Below, piece by piece: positions 1 through 14,900 of a DNA stretch of 64,000 nt (position 1 is the stretch's first letter; the number at the start of each line of letters is the position of its first letter). The notes under the pieces were generated by a model, which saw only the letters and a list, made by a program, of their open reading frames with translations, searched no databases and was not told the origin of the DNA. Origin of the DNA: Eledone cirrhosa (lineage: Eukaryota); the NCBI GenBank assembly GCA_964016885.1, contig OZ024741.1:117118001-117182000 (forward strand), read 5' to 3'. A program made the position numbers and the translations under genes.

Positions 1-841
1 TGTATGTTAGTAATTACGTGTGTGTATCTGTGCGTGTGCATGTGCGTGTGTGTGTGTGTGTGTGTACTCCTGTGCTTCCCCATGAAATATTCATATCTCC
101 TTGCAAATTTATTCGAGGTCAAATAGTTATCTCACATCACCACCATCATCACCACCACCGCCACCACAACACCACCCCAACCACACAACTCCCACCATCA
201 CCACACAACCACCACCACACAACCACCACCATCACCATTATAATTATTATATTCGTCATTATTATTGTGTCTTTTTCTTTTTAGTTACTTATAATACAGA
301 CTTAAATATCGGATTTTCTATTAAGCTTTTATTTAATTCATTTAGGTGGGGATGGAGGTTTACATATTTGTAAATTCTTTTAGGCATTTAGGAGCAACAA
401 GCTAATGTTCGGATTGTCTTATTCATATTTATGTAGACTTAAGTTCACATTAAATTAAATGCACTATGTTTCACATCCATAGAGAAGCAATTGCTGAAAC
501 AATTAACAGATGAAAAGCGGAGAGGATTACACAACAACGCTAACAGTTATGTCAATGTACCCTGGTGAATGTTGTCGTTATTGGTTTACAACTGTTTATT
601 AACCATCAAGTTGGTTTATTCGCAGATAACCTCTATATCTACTATCCACTGTTCGTGAAGACGTCCTATAGAAGTATGTATGGGACCTTAACTCCTAATG
701 AAGTAGTGGAGATATCGTCGTTACATCCGGCGTGTCGTAGGAATTGAAACCTGGCAAAGTCCATTCATCTCCAGGTCAGAACACATCCGGTTTGTTCTTG
801 AGGAATAGAAAGAAAGAAAGAGAGTGGGGAGGGGGGGGATA

Positions 842-928
<87 letters not shown>

Positions 929-1576
929 TAGGTACGAAAAACATAAAGAGGAACAATCGACCCCTGTATTGAACTTGTACTTTCATTTATCGATTTTGAA
1001 ATGACGAATGTCAAAGTTTTCCCACGACTCGAATTGACCTCAGAGTTCAGAGATCCGGAACAAATACCGCAAAGCATTATTAGCCAACGTTCTAACTTCC
1101 CTGCCAATTCCTCACCTTCATATACTATCATAACTCTACAAAGGTTTATCACTCTAATTTGCAAAAGATACATATTTTTCCTAAACCATTTCGTTTAGGT
1201 TATACTTTGAAATGTTTTACCCATTTCTAGGTTTCGGTCATTGAACTATGGCCATGGAGGGACACAGTCTTCAAGAGCTTTGGTCATTAATATGAACCCC
1301 CAGTAGATATTTTCCTCCGGTACTTGAATGGATAAGGTAACGCAAGGGACCTATCTCAACACAATGTTTTACATTGTTATATACAAACACAAATACAAAT
1401 ACACAAATATGTAGTATTGCTTTATGCCCTGTAACTAAGCAGCGCGGCAAACAGAAAACAATAAATTCAGTAGAAGACAGTAATAGGTTCTGGGGTCGAC
1501 ACGATCGACAAAACCTTTCAGTTGTGCTTCAGTATCGCCGTGTCCAATGAAACCAGTAAAACTATATATATATATA

Positions 1577-1770
1577 TAGGAACCAGTAAGACCCCGACAG
1601 CTGAGCTCAAGCCGTTTCGACGGCTAATTCTGGTCCAGAATTAGCCGTCGAAACGGCTTGAGCTCAGCTGTCGGGGTCTTACTGGTTCCTATTACCCACT
1701 CTACTACCTCAAGTATTGAGTACTTTGGTGCGTTATGGTCCACCTGGTTCCTTACCACATTTCCTTCGTT
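1577..1770 (+). mobile_element. 5'-truncated Penelope-type pLTR fragment with a perfect ~115-bp foldback, containing the 3' half of an HHR
   Basis: 1577-1691 is a perfect palindrome centred at ~1634. The sense arm reads GAAA-cggc-ttgagctca-gctg-UC-gggg. The tail carries actc...gagt. Flanked by (TA)n. A half copy lies at 30318-30375 and a tail-only copy at 44776-44858. Confidence 0.7.
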
Positions 1771-1785
1771 ATATATATATATATA

Positions 1786-1898
1786 TTGTTATACTTTGGG
1801 AGGGTCATGTTGCCAATAAGAAACACACACGCACCAGTTGTTTCACTTCAATTTATTATATATTTCAGATAAAAAATCTTGCTAAACAAATTCAGAAA

Positions 1899-1901
<3 letters not shown>
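1786..1901 (+). mobile_element. Short (TA)n-inserted repeat family (ttgttatactttgggagggtc...cagaaacg)
   Basis: Related copies at 44349-44703 (with long inverted arms), 46220-46340 and 51057-51570, all between (TA)n tracts. Confidence 0.7.
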
Positions 1902-1939
<38 letters not shown>

Positions 1940-2393
1940 TTAGAAACACACAGATACATGCGGACACACACATATACATGAATGCATCCACATCCAACTG
2001 TGAGTCAATGGTGCCAACCTTACCGATGTTGCTCAATGAATGACTGGGACAGACCAATCCGGTTGAACCAGACTGAACCAGTATCAGAGTTAAAAATACA
2101 TTATGTATCTGTGTGTTTCTAAATATATTGTTCATAACTCCCTCTGGTCGAGTAATCTTTGAAGTGTAGTGACTGCTGGAAAGCTGCCATTACTCAAACT
2201 TCTCGCCCCCTTTACCACCTCTTCTACGGCTTCGATATAAATACCCCCTCCGCCTCCGTGGTATTTTCTTCGGGGTTATAAGAGGCTTAGCTCTGTTTCT
2301 CGACCGTTATATCGCGTGACTATCTCCCCCTCCGCCTTTTGGGATTCTTTCTCACGTCGTGTAGACGCGTTCTTGAAGCTATAAAATGAGGTA

Positions 2394-2483
2394 TCCTCTT
2401 GATAAGTCGGCAGACCTCGCAAGGGCTCTTTATCTTTATGATGTACTGTTTTTGTTTATGCCACGAAACTACGTAGTCGGGGA
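2394..2483 (+). ncRNA. Type I hammerhead ribozyme, U3:A8 core variant
   Basis: tcctc-UUGAUAA-gtcggca...tgccac-GAAA-ctacgtag-UC-gggga. Lies inside a TA-flanked element (1933-2550) with an inverted repeat at 1933-1959/2103-2129. Confidence 0.65.
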
Positions 2484-2549
2484 ATCTAGGAGCAGTTTAG
2501 GTATGATACCTTTTATTACTAATTATATCTAAATGTTCCTTCTCTCTTC

Positions 2550-2628
<79 letters not shown>

Positions 2629-2632
<4 letters not shown>

Positions 2633-2800
2633 GTTTCTACTTTTAGCACAAGGCCAGCAATTATCCCAGTGTATTACTGGTACTTTATTTTATCGACCCC
2701 GTAAGGATGAAAGCAAAGTTAACCTCGGGGGATTTGAACTCAGATCATAAAGGGCCGTAACTCTTTGCTGCAAAGCATGGCGTCCAATCCTCTACCGATA
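2629..2800 (-). mobile_element. tRNA-derived SINE (octopus-type)
   Basis: Reverse complement has B-box gagttcaaatccc, central ttcatccttacggggtcgataaaataaagtaccag and tail ggccttgtgc..aaagtagaaacaatt. Confidence 0.85.
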
Positions 2801-2801
2801 C

Positions 2802-2833
<32 letters not shown>

Positions 2834-3188
2834 GAGAAGAAAGAAGAATACTGCGTGGTTGCACATGGGTTACATATGATAAAATTAATCCTTCGTCAGT
2901 GATTTGCCAACCATCATTGATATTTCGTCGCATTAAAAATCATATATCTTAGGTTGGTGCGAGCAATAACTAAAAAAAAGCTATTGGGACAAGTAAATCG
3001 CGTAAAGCGAGTGAGACAAGTAAACAACATAGAAGGATGAAAGCAACGCAAAGATGGGAATAAACAAGCAACATGGTTATCCGGTCAGCATAAGCTGGGT
3101 GGATTTCATGAGCGATCAACATACAGACCGTCCGACGTGAGTCAGATGTGAGCAAGAAGAGAACCCACTACTAGCCAAACGGGAGGAA

Positions 3189-3233
<45 letters not shown>

Positions 3234-3329
3234 ATAATAATAAATGTGAAGACTAAAATCCAAAGAGGGCTCGATAAGGATAAATATATATCAAATATAT
3301 AAGAACTTTGCTTAAACTTTAATCTGTTA

Positions 3330-3380
<51 letters not shown>

Positions 3381-3823
3381 CACATGCACATTTGAACATT
3401 ACCGGAACAATTTTCACATTGCATCCACAATACACTTCATAGAAACTGCTTTTCATACCCACGCATCTCTGTCTGCTTAATACCTGTATTGTATTATGTG
3501 ATACCTTTGCCATACTGTGATATATATGCTTAGAACCATTGCTTGTTTCTTAGCTGGTTATTCTGTACATACCTAATACCTCTGCACTCTTTCTATACGT
3601 TTGCCTATGTACTGCTAATGTCCTCATTTTGCGAGTAACTTTCTTCTTTAATTCCTCTATAATTGTTGTATTATTCTTTTATAATCTTTGTTGCATCCAC
3701 TGATACTGACCACATCATCTTCACTCTTTAAATATGATACTGTTAATGACAACACTAATATCTATGCATCTTTACAATTGTTCTGTGGAATAGGAGGTTA
3801 ATTATATGTCTAAACTTTGCTAG

Positions 3824-3870
3824 TGCTCCGATGAATCCAAACAAAAGTTTGGAAGAAACGATTGTCAGCA
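3824..3870 (+). ncRNA. Minimal type I hammerhead, degenerate core (CCGAUGA)
   Basis: tgct-CCGAUGA-a-tccaaac-aaaa-gtttgga-a-GAAA-cgattg-UC-agca. Confidence 0.6.
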
Positions 3871-4034
3871 ATAACATGTTTTGAACATAGTTTTGATTAT
3901 TCTGTAATTTGTATTCCGGCTCTGTAAAACATCTGATGTATTTACATTGAGCTATTTTTCTTACTGGTAATAAGGTGATAATGAATTACTGACCTTTCCT
4001 GTTTATAATTATATATAGTGTATATATAAGTATA

Positions 4035-4197
<163 letters not shown>

Positions 4198-4364
4198 TTT
4201 ATACTTATATATATATATATATATAAGTATTGGTGCTCTGAAATAGCGATGTATGCATGAATGCATGTATAGTATATTTGGCAATATACTATTTGTTTAA
4301 TTAAAAACATTTAGAAGACCATTCAGAATGTCACTTACTTATTCTCGGCAAAAAACAACAGAGA

Positions 4365-4414
4365 GCGGCCGACAGACAGTCTGTTTCTTGCTTGTGAACG
4401 TTTATCAAGACCAC
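4365..4414 (-). ncRNA. Type I hammerhead ribozyme, U3:A8 core variant
   Basis: Reverse complement: gtggtc-UUGAUAA-acgttcacaagcaa-GAAA-cagac-t-gtctg-UC-ggccgc. Stem II is weak. Confidence 0.6.
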
Positions 4415-4973
4415 ACACTCAGTTGCTTTTACCGAGAATTATAGAGGCTGGATTCTAATAGAATTCCAGTAATAATCAGGAGCTGAATAAACAGAGCGAT
4501 TGCCGGTCCAGCAAAAATTAGGTATTGTTTCAGAAGATCCCGTAAAAGAGTGAAAGCAGCGATTCTTTGATTAAACTTTAATCTGTACAAATAATACACA
4601 CACACACGCACTCACACACATATATATATGTATATTGTAGAATGATATTCCATTAAAGTACGGAAAGGTACCACAAATGAAGGAAAGTAATTAATATATC
4701 AGTAAAGGGTGTACTTATTTTTATTTCATTTAGAATTGGCTTCCCAATTCAAAAGCTCGCATTGGTCTTGTCATTGCTGTTACTAAATGCCGGTCGTAAA
4801 AAGAACCCGCCTTTTTCCTCTGACATGAGGCGGGATTTGAACTCAGAATAAATACTGCATCACATCTCGTCCAACTCTTTAACAATTCCACTAACCCACA
4901 ACCGCTGGACTCGTACTTTATTTAACGACCTAGAAAGAATGAAAGGCATAGTCAACCACCGGGGAGCCGGAAC

Positions 4974-5091
<118 letters not shown>

Positions 5092-5761
5092 TAAACTGAA
5101 AAGAAAAAGATTTATTATGTTACAAAATTCATTCCGTGAATGTTGGTTGGGGTATTTCTAGAGTTCTTTCTAAATAGTTATGTTTCAAGAGATCATTATT
5201 CCTATACGGAATAGTTGTAATATGACAAAGGTAACAGAATAGTTGTGGTATGGGTGAGGTAGCTTTAGCGAGATATAATTCTCGTGGTTTAAAGTCCTTA
5301 ACGCTGTTCAGATCTTGGGGTTCTAGTAGTTAAACCGTCCAGTTTCATTTCTTTTACAACACTAGTAATGAGTTTAATTCAATGATTGGTGGAATTTGAT
5401 CCCTTAACAGTTATTTAGTTCAGTAGTGTGTTCTAGTTATTACGGTTTGAGCCATGGTGGAACAATACCTTCATCGTGTATCACTGAACCTGGTCATATG
5501 TAGTCCTTTCTACTCGCCTGCTCACATTGTTCACCTGGATGGTTTCTCCCACAGTTCTAGGTGCTCGATTAACAGTGCTCCTCTGCCATCTTCCTCGATG
5601 AACTTTTGTTATGTTTCGTTTCACTACCAAAAATATGGTATAGTATAGTATATATGGTATAGTTTTACTTAGAAAATTAGAGTATGGTTTCAATAAGAGA
5701 AGTTGGATGTGGTTTTATGAAGCTCTAGATATTCTTTGATTGAGGCAAAAAAAATAATAAT

Positions 5762-6020
5762 ACAGGTTTGCGGTCGTACCCCTGGCAGTGGAGACTTCTG
5801 GTGTCCCCGGCCCCAGGGCTACCTCCTTACTCACCACCATAGGCACTGAGCTAGCCAGCCGCAGGTGTGAGCCCTGCGAGTTGGGGTGGCTTTTCCAGCG
5901 CGTCTCCCTTGCCGTCCTCCGGGGAAACGCCTTCTCCATTCTGTCCGCCGGGGCTGTGGGTGGGCTCCATCGTGTATCAGGCCGATAAATAAAGTACCAA
6001 TCCGACATTGGTGTCGATTC
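5762..6020 (+). mobile_element. 3' fragment of a CRE-clade (RLE) non-LTR retrotransposon
   Basis: Translation VVPLAVETSGVPGPRA...LFQRVSLAVLRGNA resembles the CRE C-terminal (E..G..G / QR.S.A..RGNA) motif. GC-rich island followed by AATAAA. Confidence 0.65.
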
Positions 6021-7010
6021 TCCACCCACATTTTCTCTCTATCCACACACATATATATTTCCTCCTAAAGAGCAAAGTAAACTATAGACTAAATACTAAT
6101 ACGTCATTATGTGGAGCGATGAGAACAATTACACGCAAAGACAAAACCACGTTTATGGTATAACTGAAGTCGAAGACTAAAATTCTATTTAGGAAACCGA
6201 ATGTTATGATTACGTTTGGAATATATTTGAACATTCTCGATTAGGGCTGAACCGAGGCTAAACAATCAAATTAAACCAGTATTTCGCCGCTCACTCTGCT
6301 AAATATAAGTTTTCCCCTCATATCGAACAATAACTCCTTTTTCAAGAAAATTGAAAGACATAGAATAATGAATGTATGTCTAGATACATTATGCCTGGTA
6401 TAAAGGAAAAGAAAGTGAGTGAATAAGAAAGTAAGTAAGAAAGAAAGAGAAAGAAAGAAAGAAAGAAGGAAAGAAAGAAATGAATAAATTAAGAGCAGCT
6501 TGTGTCAGGACTGGAAGGTCATGATTATTTGTCTACAAGATTTAGACTGACCTGGGGCGAAACAAGACCATCAACAACAATAGCAATAAGAAAATATATG
6601 GATATCTCGTAAGAGCAAGATGTAACACCAACAGCGGCAACATAAACACAAGAATTAGAACCAGGAAAACTGGAAAGGAGCAGTGAAACAATATTAGCGA
6701 ATATGAAAAGAAGGGAAACCATAAAAAAGGCGGTTTGCTTAGCAAGAACAACGTTATAAACACACAACAACAACACAATCTCGAGCTAGATAAACACTCA
6801 GATTTGAAACAACAATAATAATAGAAACAGTAACAAAAGTAAAAGCAATAACTAAATATGAAGAGACACGCTTCAATCAAGATTCGTCGAAAGTAAGGGC
6901 TGAAAAATCCCAGTCAGAAATCCGTATTTCCAGCAGTTATTGACAAGACACGCTATCGGTGTTGGAATGGCAGGGTTTGATAGGGCTAGCAGTTTACGTG
7001 TAAATGTATG

Positions 7011-7732
<722 letters not shown>

Positions 7733-7864
7733 TGTGTACAGAAACGAGGGGATAGCTAGATGGATGAATAGAAAGGTAGACAGGTGCATAAAAGCTAAAT
7801 AAATGAGAAGTAATAGGACGAGAGAGCCGAGTGAATGCTCATATAAATAGTGGATAATGTAGAA

Positions 7865-7896
<32 letters not shown>

Positions 7897-7899
7897 ATA

Positions 7900-8164
<265 letters not shown>

Positions 8165-8235
8165 AATCTACCAAAATATACGGTAGTGTCCAAAGCGACT
8201 ACTTGAAAAGAGTGCAAACCTTAATTTAAATAACA

Positions 8236-8355
<120 letters not shown>

Positions 8356-8357
8356 CA

Positions 8358-8407
<50 letters not shown>

Positions 8408-8409
8408 TG

Positions 8410-8452
<43 letters not shown>

Positions 8453-8457
<5 letters not shown>

Positions 8458-8956
8458 TATGTATGTATGTATACGTACATACATATATGTATACAGACGT
8501 ACAGTAGTATGTATATATATACATACATGCACATATATATATATATATATGCACGTATCGGTTTACCGAACATTTATTATAATGCTCGGTTTGTTTGTAA
8601 ACAAACAGCCCGGCTTACGCCGTACAGTGTTTAGGCAACAACGTCACCTTTTTGTTCAACACTGACACAGGAACGATGTACTAGTTTCAAGCTTATTAGC
8701 TATCATCAGCATCGTATACCTTCCTGCCAGAACACTGTAATTCGGGCTGTTTGTTTACAAACAAACAAACCAAGCATTATAGTAAATGTTCGGTAAACCG
8801 ATACGTGCATATATATATATATGCGTGCATGTATGTATATATATACATACTACTGTACGTCTGTATACATATATGTATGTACGTATACATACATACATAC
8901 TTACATTTAAGTGCCGTACTAAGAGTGAGAAATGAAATTTCGTTTCATTCTATTCC

Positions 8957-8960
<4 letters not shown>
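8453..8960. mobile_element. TA-flanked foldback element (arms ~8453-8628 / 8730-8903) with an HHR in the spacer
   Basis: Long inverted arms. Tail 8905-8960 is related to 58208-58282 in reverse orientation. Confidence 0.7.
8673..8715 (-). ncRNA. Minimal type I hammerhead ribozyme
   Basis: Reverse complement: acgatg-CUGAUGA-t-agct-aata-agct-t-GAAA-ctag-UA-catcgt. Palindromic mini stem III. Confidence 0.85.
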
Positions 8961-9018
<58 letters not shown>

Positions 9019-9074
9019 GACGTAAAATAAGAAAATTTTAAAAATTAAAAATTAACTTACTTACTAAAATTTTC

Positions 9075-9156
9075 ACTCCAACTAATTAGTTTCTGTAATG
9101 GGATAAATATAGTTACACAATATAACTATCGAGAATTCATTACGTCATCAGGGAGT
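9075..9156 (-). ncRNA. Type I hammerhead with extended stem II
   Basis: Reverse complement: actcc-CUGAUGA-c-gtaatg...cattac-a-GAAA-ctaattag-UU-ggagt. Confidence 0.85.
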
Positions 9157-9608
9157 CTATTCTCAGCTAAGTTCCCAGGCAATGCACGGACACTAGGAAC
9201 CCATATAAAAATAATAATTCAGTGGATGTAATAAGCTAGCGAGGACTAAATTCCATAGCACTGAAAAAGTTCACTGCCTCTGGTCAATGGCAGATTCTAA
9301 AGAATCAATCACGTGACACTGAGGTTAGTCAGTTAGGGGTGGGGTGGTATTATGACAAGAGCCTACTACTACTACTACTATGAATTAGCAGTAGATTTGG
9401 CAAGTTTGTTCAACAAATAATTTGGAGATAAATATGGAGAATTAGTACATCTACCAACATATGCGTACAGATGTACTCTAATGCTAGCAAATATATAAGT
9501 TATGTCAAAGTACCTAGGTGGTTCTATGCAGGGGGATGCAGAACAATTATATGAAAGACGTAAAATAAGAAAATTTTAAAAATTAAAAATTAACTTACTA
9601 AAATTTTC

Positions 9609-9690
9609 ACTCCAACTAATTAGTTTCTGTAATGGGATAAATATAGTTACACAATATAACTATCGAGAATTCATTACGTCATCAGGGAGT
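9609..9690 (-). ncRNA. Type I hammerhead (second copy)
   Basis: Same sequence as 9075-9156. Confidence 0.85.
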
Positions 9691-9897
9691 CTATTCTCAG
9701 CTAAGTTCCCAGGCAATGCGCGGACACTAGGAACCCATATAAAAATAATAATTCAGTGGATGTAATAAGCTAGCGAGGACTAAATTCCATATAATTGTTC
9801 TGCATCCTCCTGCATAGAACCACCTAGGTATTTTGACATAACTTATATATTTGCTAGCATTAGTGTACATCTGTACGCATATGTTGGTAGATGTACT

Positions 9898-10040
<143 letters not shown>

Positions 10041-10848
10041 TGTTATTTAAATTAAGGTATGCACTCTTTTCAAGAAGTCGCTTTTCATGACACAACTTCC
10101 ACAATAATTCGTTCCAACAATAAAACTCCAATAATACAATTCCTAATATAGCCTGCATATGGTTGCTCAACCTGCTAGAAATAGCAGCCATATTTCCCCA
10201 ATTCCGCATCCTGCCGTTTTTTTATAAAATATATATTGGGTAATGTGGTTCTTATACACCGTGCATAAAAAGGAAAGGTTGTCAGAGTGTGCAAAATTTC
10301 TTATATTATGTCATTTTTCTCGTGACAAAAGTATGAGTAACACAGAACATATATGTGTGTTTCCATATTTATATATATATCCATCTGTAACACTTTAAAA
10401 TTTAGTCAAATATAAACACATACACACCATGCATTTCCTAATCAGTCATGTTATTACAATAAGTTCATTTTCCGATCACAAGATTCTGCCATTTTTCTCC
10501 TGTAAATAATTCTTCTTCTAAAGTTTTACATACATTTAATTCTATATGTCATTCGTACATATATATCGAACATTTATGTAATTATATCCTAGAATATGTT
10601 ATTTTTGTCTTTAATCACTTACACGTGTCAGTAATAAACACAAACTATAGGATTTCTCTTATGCAAATAATAAATTTATCAAAATACAACTTTCCCCAGT
10701 TTGTATGATTGTAATCTTAGTATATATAGCATATATATATATAGCATATATAGCATATAGTATATACTAGACTCCAAAAATTAAATACTTTCAACGTTAT
10801 AGTCCTCTTTATTGACGGCACGGGTCCACTAGTAACAAATATAAATAA

Positions 10849-12499
10849 CTAGCAGTGGTACCCGGCGTTGCACGGGATAAGGTATTTTGGAACACGGCCG
10901 CCAATAGACTTAATCTTGGAGAAACTGCATGCCTGGACAATATGTTAAGAAAATAAACCGAATACTCTGATGGCTGGATAATTTTAAAGATTTTTCTCAA
11001 TGAAGCAGGAAAATGCAGGTTTTCACCTAATGAGCCCTGGGAGATCAAGAAAATGAATTTTTTTTATGTGCATAATATGCCTTGAAATCTCGGGAAAATC
11101 GGCTAGATGTAATGCCTCCAAAAAGCCGCAAGAAGCTGAAAAAATGAAGTTTTTCACCTAATGCGGGCCCTAGGCCATAAGGAAGTTGGATTTTCTTTGC
11201 TTACGGTATGAAGAAGAGACTGACTAATACATAGTTACAATTTTAAGGAAATCGGTCTGAGGTAACGCCTCAAAAAATCTCTAAAAAGCTTAAAAAAGGC
11301 AGTTTTTCGCCTAATGCGGGATAAAAAAGGAGATAAAAAAAGTTGAATTTATGTGCATAACACTCCCTCAAACATTAGTAATACACATGTAAAGTTTTAA
11401 AAAAATCGGTTGGGTACTTCTCTAGTTTTAGGGATTCGAACTCAGACACACACACACAGACAGACATCCTCAGGAAAGTGACGTAATGCTGACAGCCAGA
11501 CATACAGACAGATATCATAAGGGAACGGCGTTATATGTATGTATCTATCTAAAAAGAGATAGACTAAGAATTATAGAGCGAGATCGTTAAATCGCCTAAT
11601 GCGATCCCTAGGGCATTGAAAATTTGAATTTTTTTTTGCTCACAACAAAATGTGTAAAGTTTGAAAACAGTCGGTTTGGTGCTTCTCTGCAATACTAAGC
11701 GGTAAAATAGTAAATTTGTTCTCGTAAAGGCACGTAAGTAAACAAACTGAAGCTATTACAGCGATGTTTTTCTTTACCGGCTTTAATGTTTAGTGTTGTG
11801 TGAAATATATAACCTGCAGACCTGATTTTTGAATCGCAGCAGGGTCGACTTTATTTCACTCGCTCCACTAAAAGTTGGATTTTCTTTCCTCACGGTATGA
11901 AGAAGAGACTGACTAATACATAGTTACCGGCTTTCATGTTTAGTGTTGTGTGAAATATATAACCGCCTTAGCTAAGCTTAGTATTGCCACAACCACAGCT
12001 GACAAAGAAGTAAGCGCCTGGTGGTATGTAACTAAGCAACACTGGCTTAAAACGTGAGGAAGAAGTTGTGTGCACTTACCAACTGTTTGGGGAATGAGTG
12101 TGAGATTTGTCTTGAGCAAGGGTGGCGGAATAACCGGAGGCAGCAGACAGCTAGACATACAGACAGATATTATAAGGGCGCGTTCAGGACGCAGAGCGAA
12201 TTGTAGGAAGTGACGTAATGCAGAGTCAGAAATACAGACAGATATTATAAGGGCGCGACGTTATATGTATGTATCTATCTAAAAAAAGAAAGACTAAGAA
12301 TTACAGAGCGAGATCGCTAAATCGCCCAATGCAGTCCCTAGGGCATTGAAAATTTGAAATTTCTTTTGCTCAGAACACTCCCTGAAACATAAGTATTACA
12401 TGTGTAAAGTTTAAAAACAGTCGGTTTGGTGGTTCTCGGTTTTTAGGGATTCGAATTCACACACACACAGACAGACATACTCAGTTTTATATATATAGA
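10849..12499 (-). mobile_element. Non-autonomous Helitron 1
   Basis: Reverse complement begins TCtatatatataaaactgagtatgtctgtctg and ends with hairpin cccgtgcaacgccggg followed by CTAG. Contains internal duplications. Confidence 0.75.
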
Positions 12500-13095
12500 C
12501 TAGCAGAAAACCACCCGGTGGGCGGTTTTCTGCTAGCAAATCTAGTGTATATACTGATATTGTTGAGATTTGGATGAGAAATTGAACAAATCAAATGTAT
12601 TAATCAAATCTCGCAGCTCCAGACTGAGGTTATGGAACTGCGCAATCTGATTAATAAATTACCTCATCAGCAGCAACCTTCTTCAAATGGTCCTTATTAT
12701 CAGCAGCAACAACCACAAATTCAATGGCAACCTTCTTCAAACCACAAATTCAATGGCAACCTTCTTCAAATGGTCCTTGGCATGGTGTCAGGTCAGAACC
12801 GCCTCAAACTGGTTACTTCTGGCTCGTGCAAGGTGTCTCTATAGCAAACAGCGATTCCCTCGGCCTCAGTGACCAAAGTCAGTGGAGAGGGGAAGGTAAT
12901 GTTTCTATAGCGAGAGTGTTTCTCTTGGTAGTACCAAAGTGGAGAAAGAAAGGGGAAGGTAATATTTCTGTAGCACCTACATTTGAGTTTTAGGGACGGA
13001 CAGACAGACAGACAAACAGAGAAATACCCATATATTTCTGTGTGTGTATATATATATATATATATATTACACACACAGAAATGTATATATATTTC

Positions 13096-13126
<31 letters not shown>

Positions 13127-13398
13127 TACACACACAGAAATGTATATATATTTCTGTGTGTATATATATATATTTCTGTGTGTGTATATATATATATATT
13201 ACACACACAGAAATGTATATATATTTCTGTGTATATATATATATATATTACACACACAGAAATGTATATATATTTCTTAGAACAAAATTATTATTAACGT
13301 TTTGCTGTTCATAACAATTGGAATTGAAAAATTACTTTTGAAATTATTAGTTATTTTACTAATGCTTAGATATGTAAAATTGAAGCAATGTTTCTAAT

Positions 13399-13590
13399 AA
13401 TTGTTTCTACTTTTGGCACAAGGCCAGCTATTACCCAGTACATTACTGGTACTTTATTTTATCGACCCCGTGAGGATGAAAGGCAAAGTTAACCTCGGCG
13501 GTATTTGAACTCAGATCGTAAAGGGACGTAACTCCATGCTATGAAGCATGGTGTCCGACTCTCTACAGATACTGCCAATCTACCGCCCTA
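13399..13590 (-). mobile_element. tRNA-derived SINE
   Basis: Full copy of the family, A and B boxes visible on the minus strand. Confidence 0.85.
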
Positions 13591-13967
13591 ATGTCTGTAC
13601 GTAATGAGGGAGTGAGAGGGGAGAGAAAGAAAGGCAGAGGTGAAGTGACGAAGTGACTCTCTCCTCCTCCTCCTCCATCTCCCCATTTGTCACAGCAATA
13701 GAGGGGAGGAATGTTAGTGAGTTACAAAGAGAAAGAGTGAGAGTGAGAGAAACAGACAGACTAAAAGAGAGGGATAGCTGGAGAGAGAGAGAGAGATAGC
13801 AACAGATACAGTACAGTAGCTAAGGGATGTATATATATTTCTGTGTGTATATATATATACATTTCTGTGTGTGTAATATATATATATATATATACACACA
13901 GAAATATATATACATTTCTGTGTGTGTAATATATATATATATATACACACACGGAAATATATATATA

Positions 13968-14900
13968 TATACATTAATATATATGATAAACACAAAACGT
14001 GTTTGCATTGCAACAGACAAAGTTAGCTATCAATGAAATAAACTAATTAAAATGAATACAATTTGTCTGTCTGCGGAGCAGGTTTGGATTTTGAAATTTA
14101 AATTTGTCCAGGAATCTCGGCCTATGCCAATATAAGCTTGTCTTTATTGACTTATATCGAGACAGACAAATTGTATTCACTTTAATTAGTTTATTTCATT
14201 GATAGCTAACTTTGTCTGTTGCAATGCAAACACGTTTTGTGTTTATCATATATATTAATGTATTTAACTGCTCGGAAATGCCCCTTTCTTGGAGCTTATT
14301 AATTGTAAACGACTGAGAGTTTAATCTCAAAATATAATATAGTATATTGCTCCTTAACTGTAGAGCTGATCTTTAATCCCGCATAAACGGCTGTTATTTC
14401 TAGTACCGGGAATGCGGGACGGCTAGTTTGGCCTGGCTACACACACGTGTAATCAGACCTGCAAAATTTTTGATGGTGAAATGTACTAATTTTACTGGAT
14501 TCCTGTCGATAAGCACAGAAGATTTGGATATTTCACTTTTTATTTCAATTCCATTTCGATTCTCTTTATTTTTCAATTCATGTACCATCGTTGCGAAACA
14601 TATTTGGGTTTCGAAGTTCAAATTCATCTGCGGAGCAGGTTTGGATTTTGAAATTTAAATTTGTCCAGGAATCACGGCCTTTGCCAATATAAGCTTGTCT
14701 TTATTGACTTATATCGAGACAGACAAATTGTATTCACTTTAATTAGTTTATTTCATTGATAGCTAACTTTGTCTGTTGCAATGCAAACACGTTTTGTGTT
14801 TATCATATATATTATGTATTTAACTGCTCGGAAATGCCCCTTTCTTGGAGCTTATTAATTGTAAACGACTGAGAGTTTAATCTCAAAATATAATATAGTA
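13968..14900 (+). mobile_element. pLTR-type non-autonomous element (period 557) without a recognisable HHR
   Basis: 14071-14346 repeats at 14628-14900. 13968-14072 is an inverted copy of 14160-14263. Ends in (TA)n. Confidence 0.7.

Noticed and set aside
650-800. Possible hammerhead (GAAA-cctgg...ccagg-UC-agaac)
   Set aside because: Stem III is good but there is no intact core in register (gtgaaga or ttgagga), so at best a decayed remnant.
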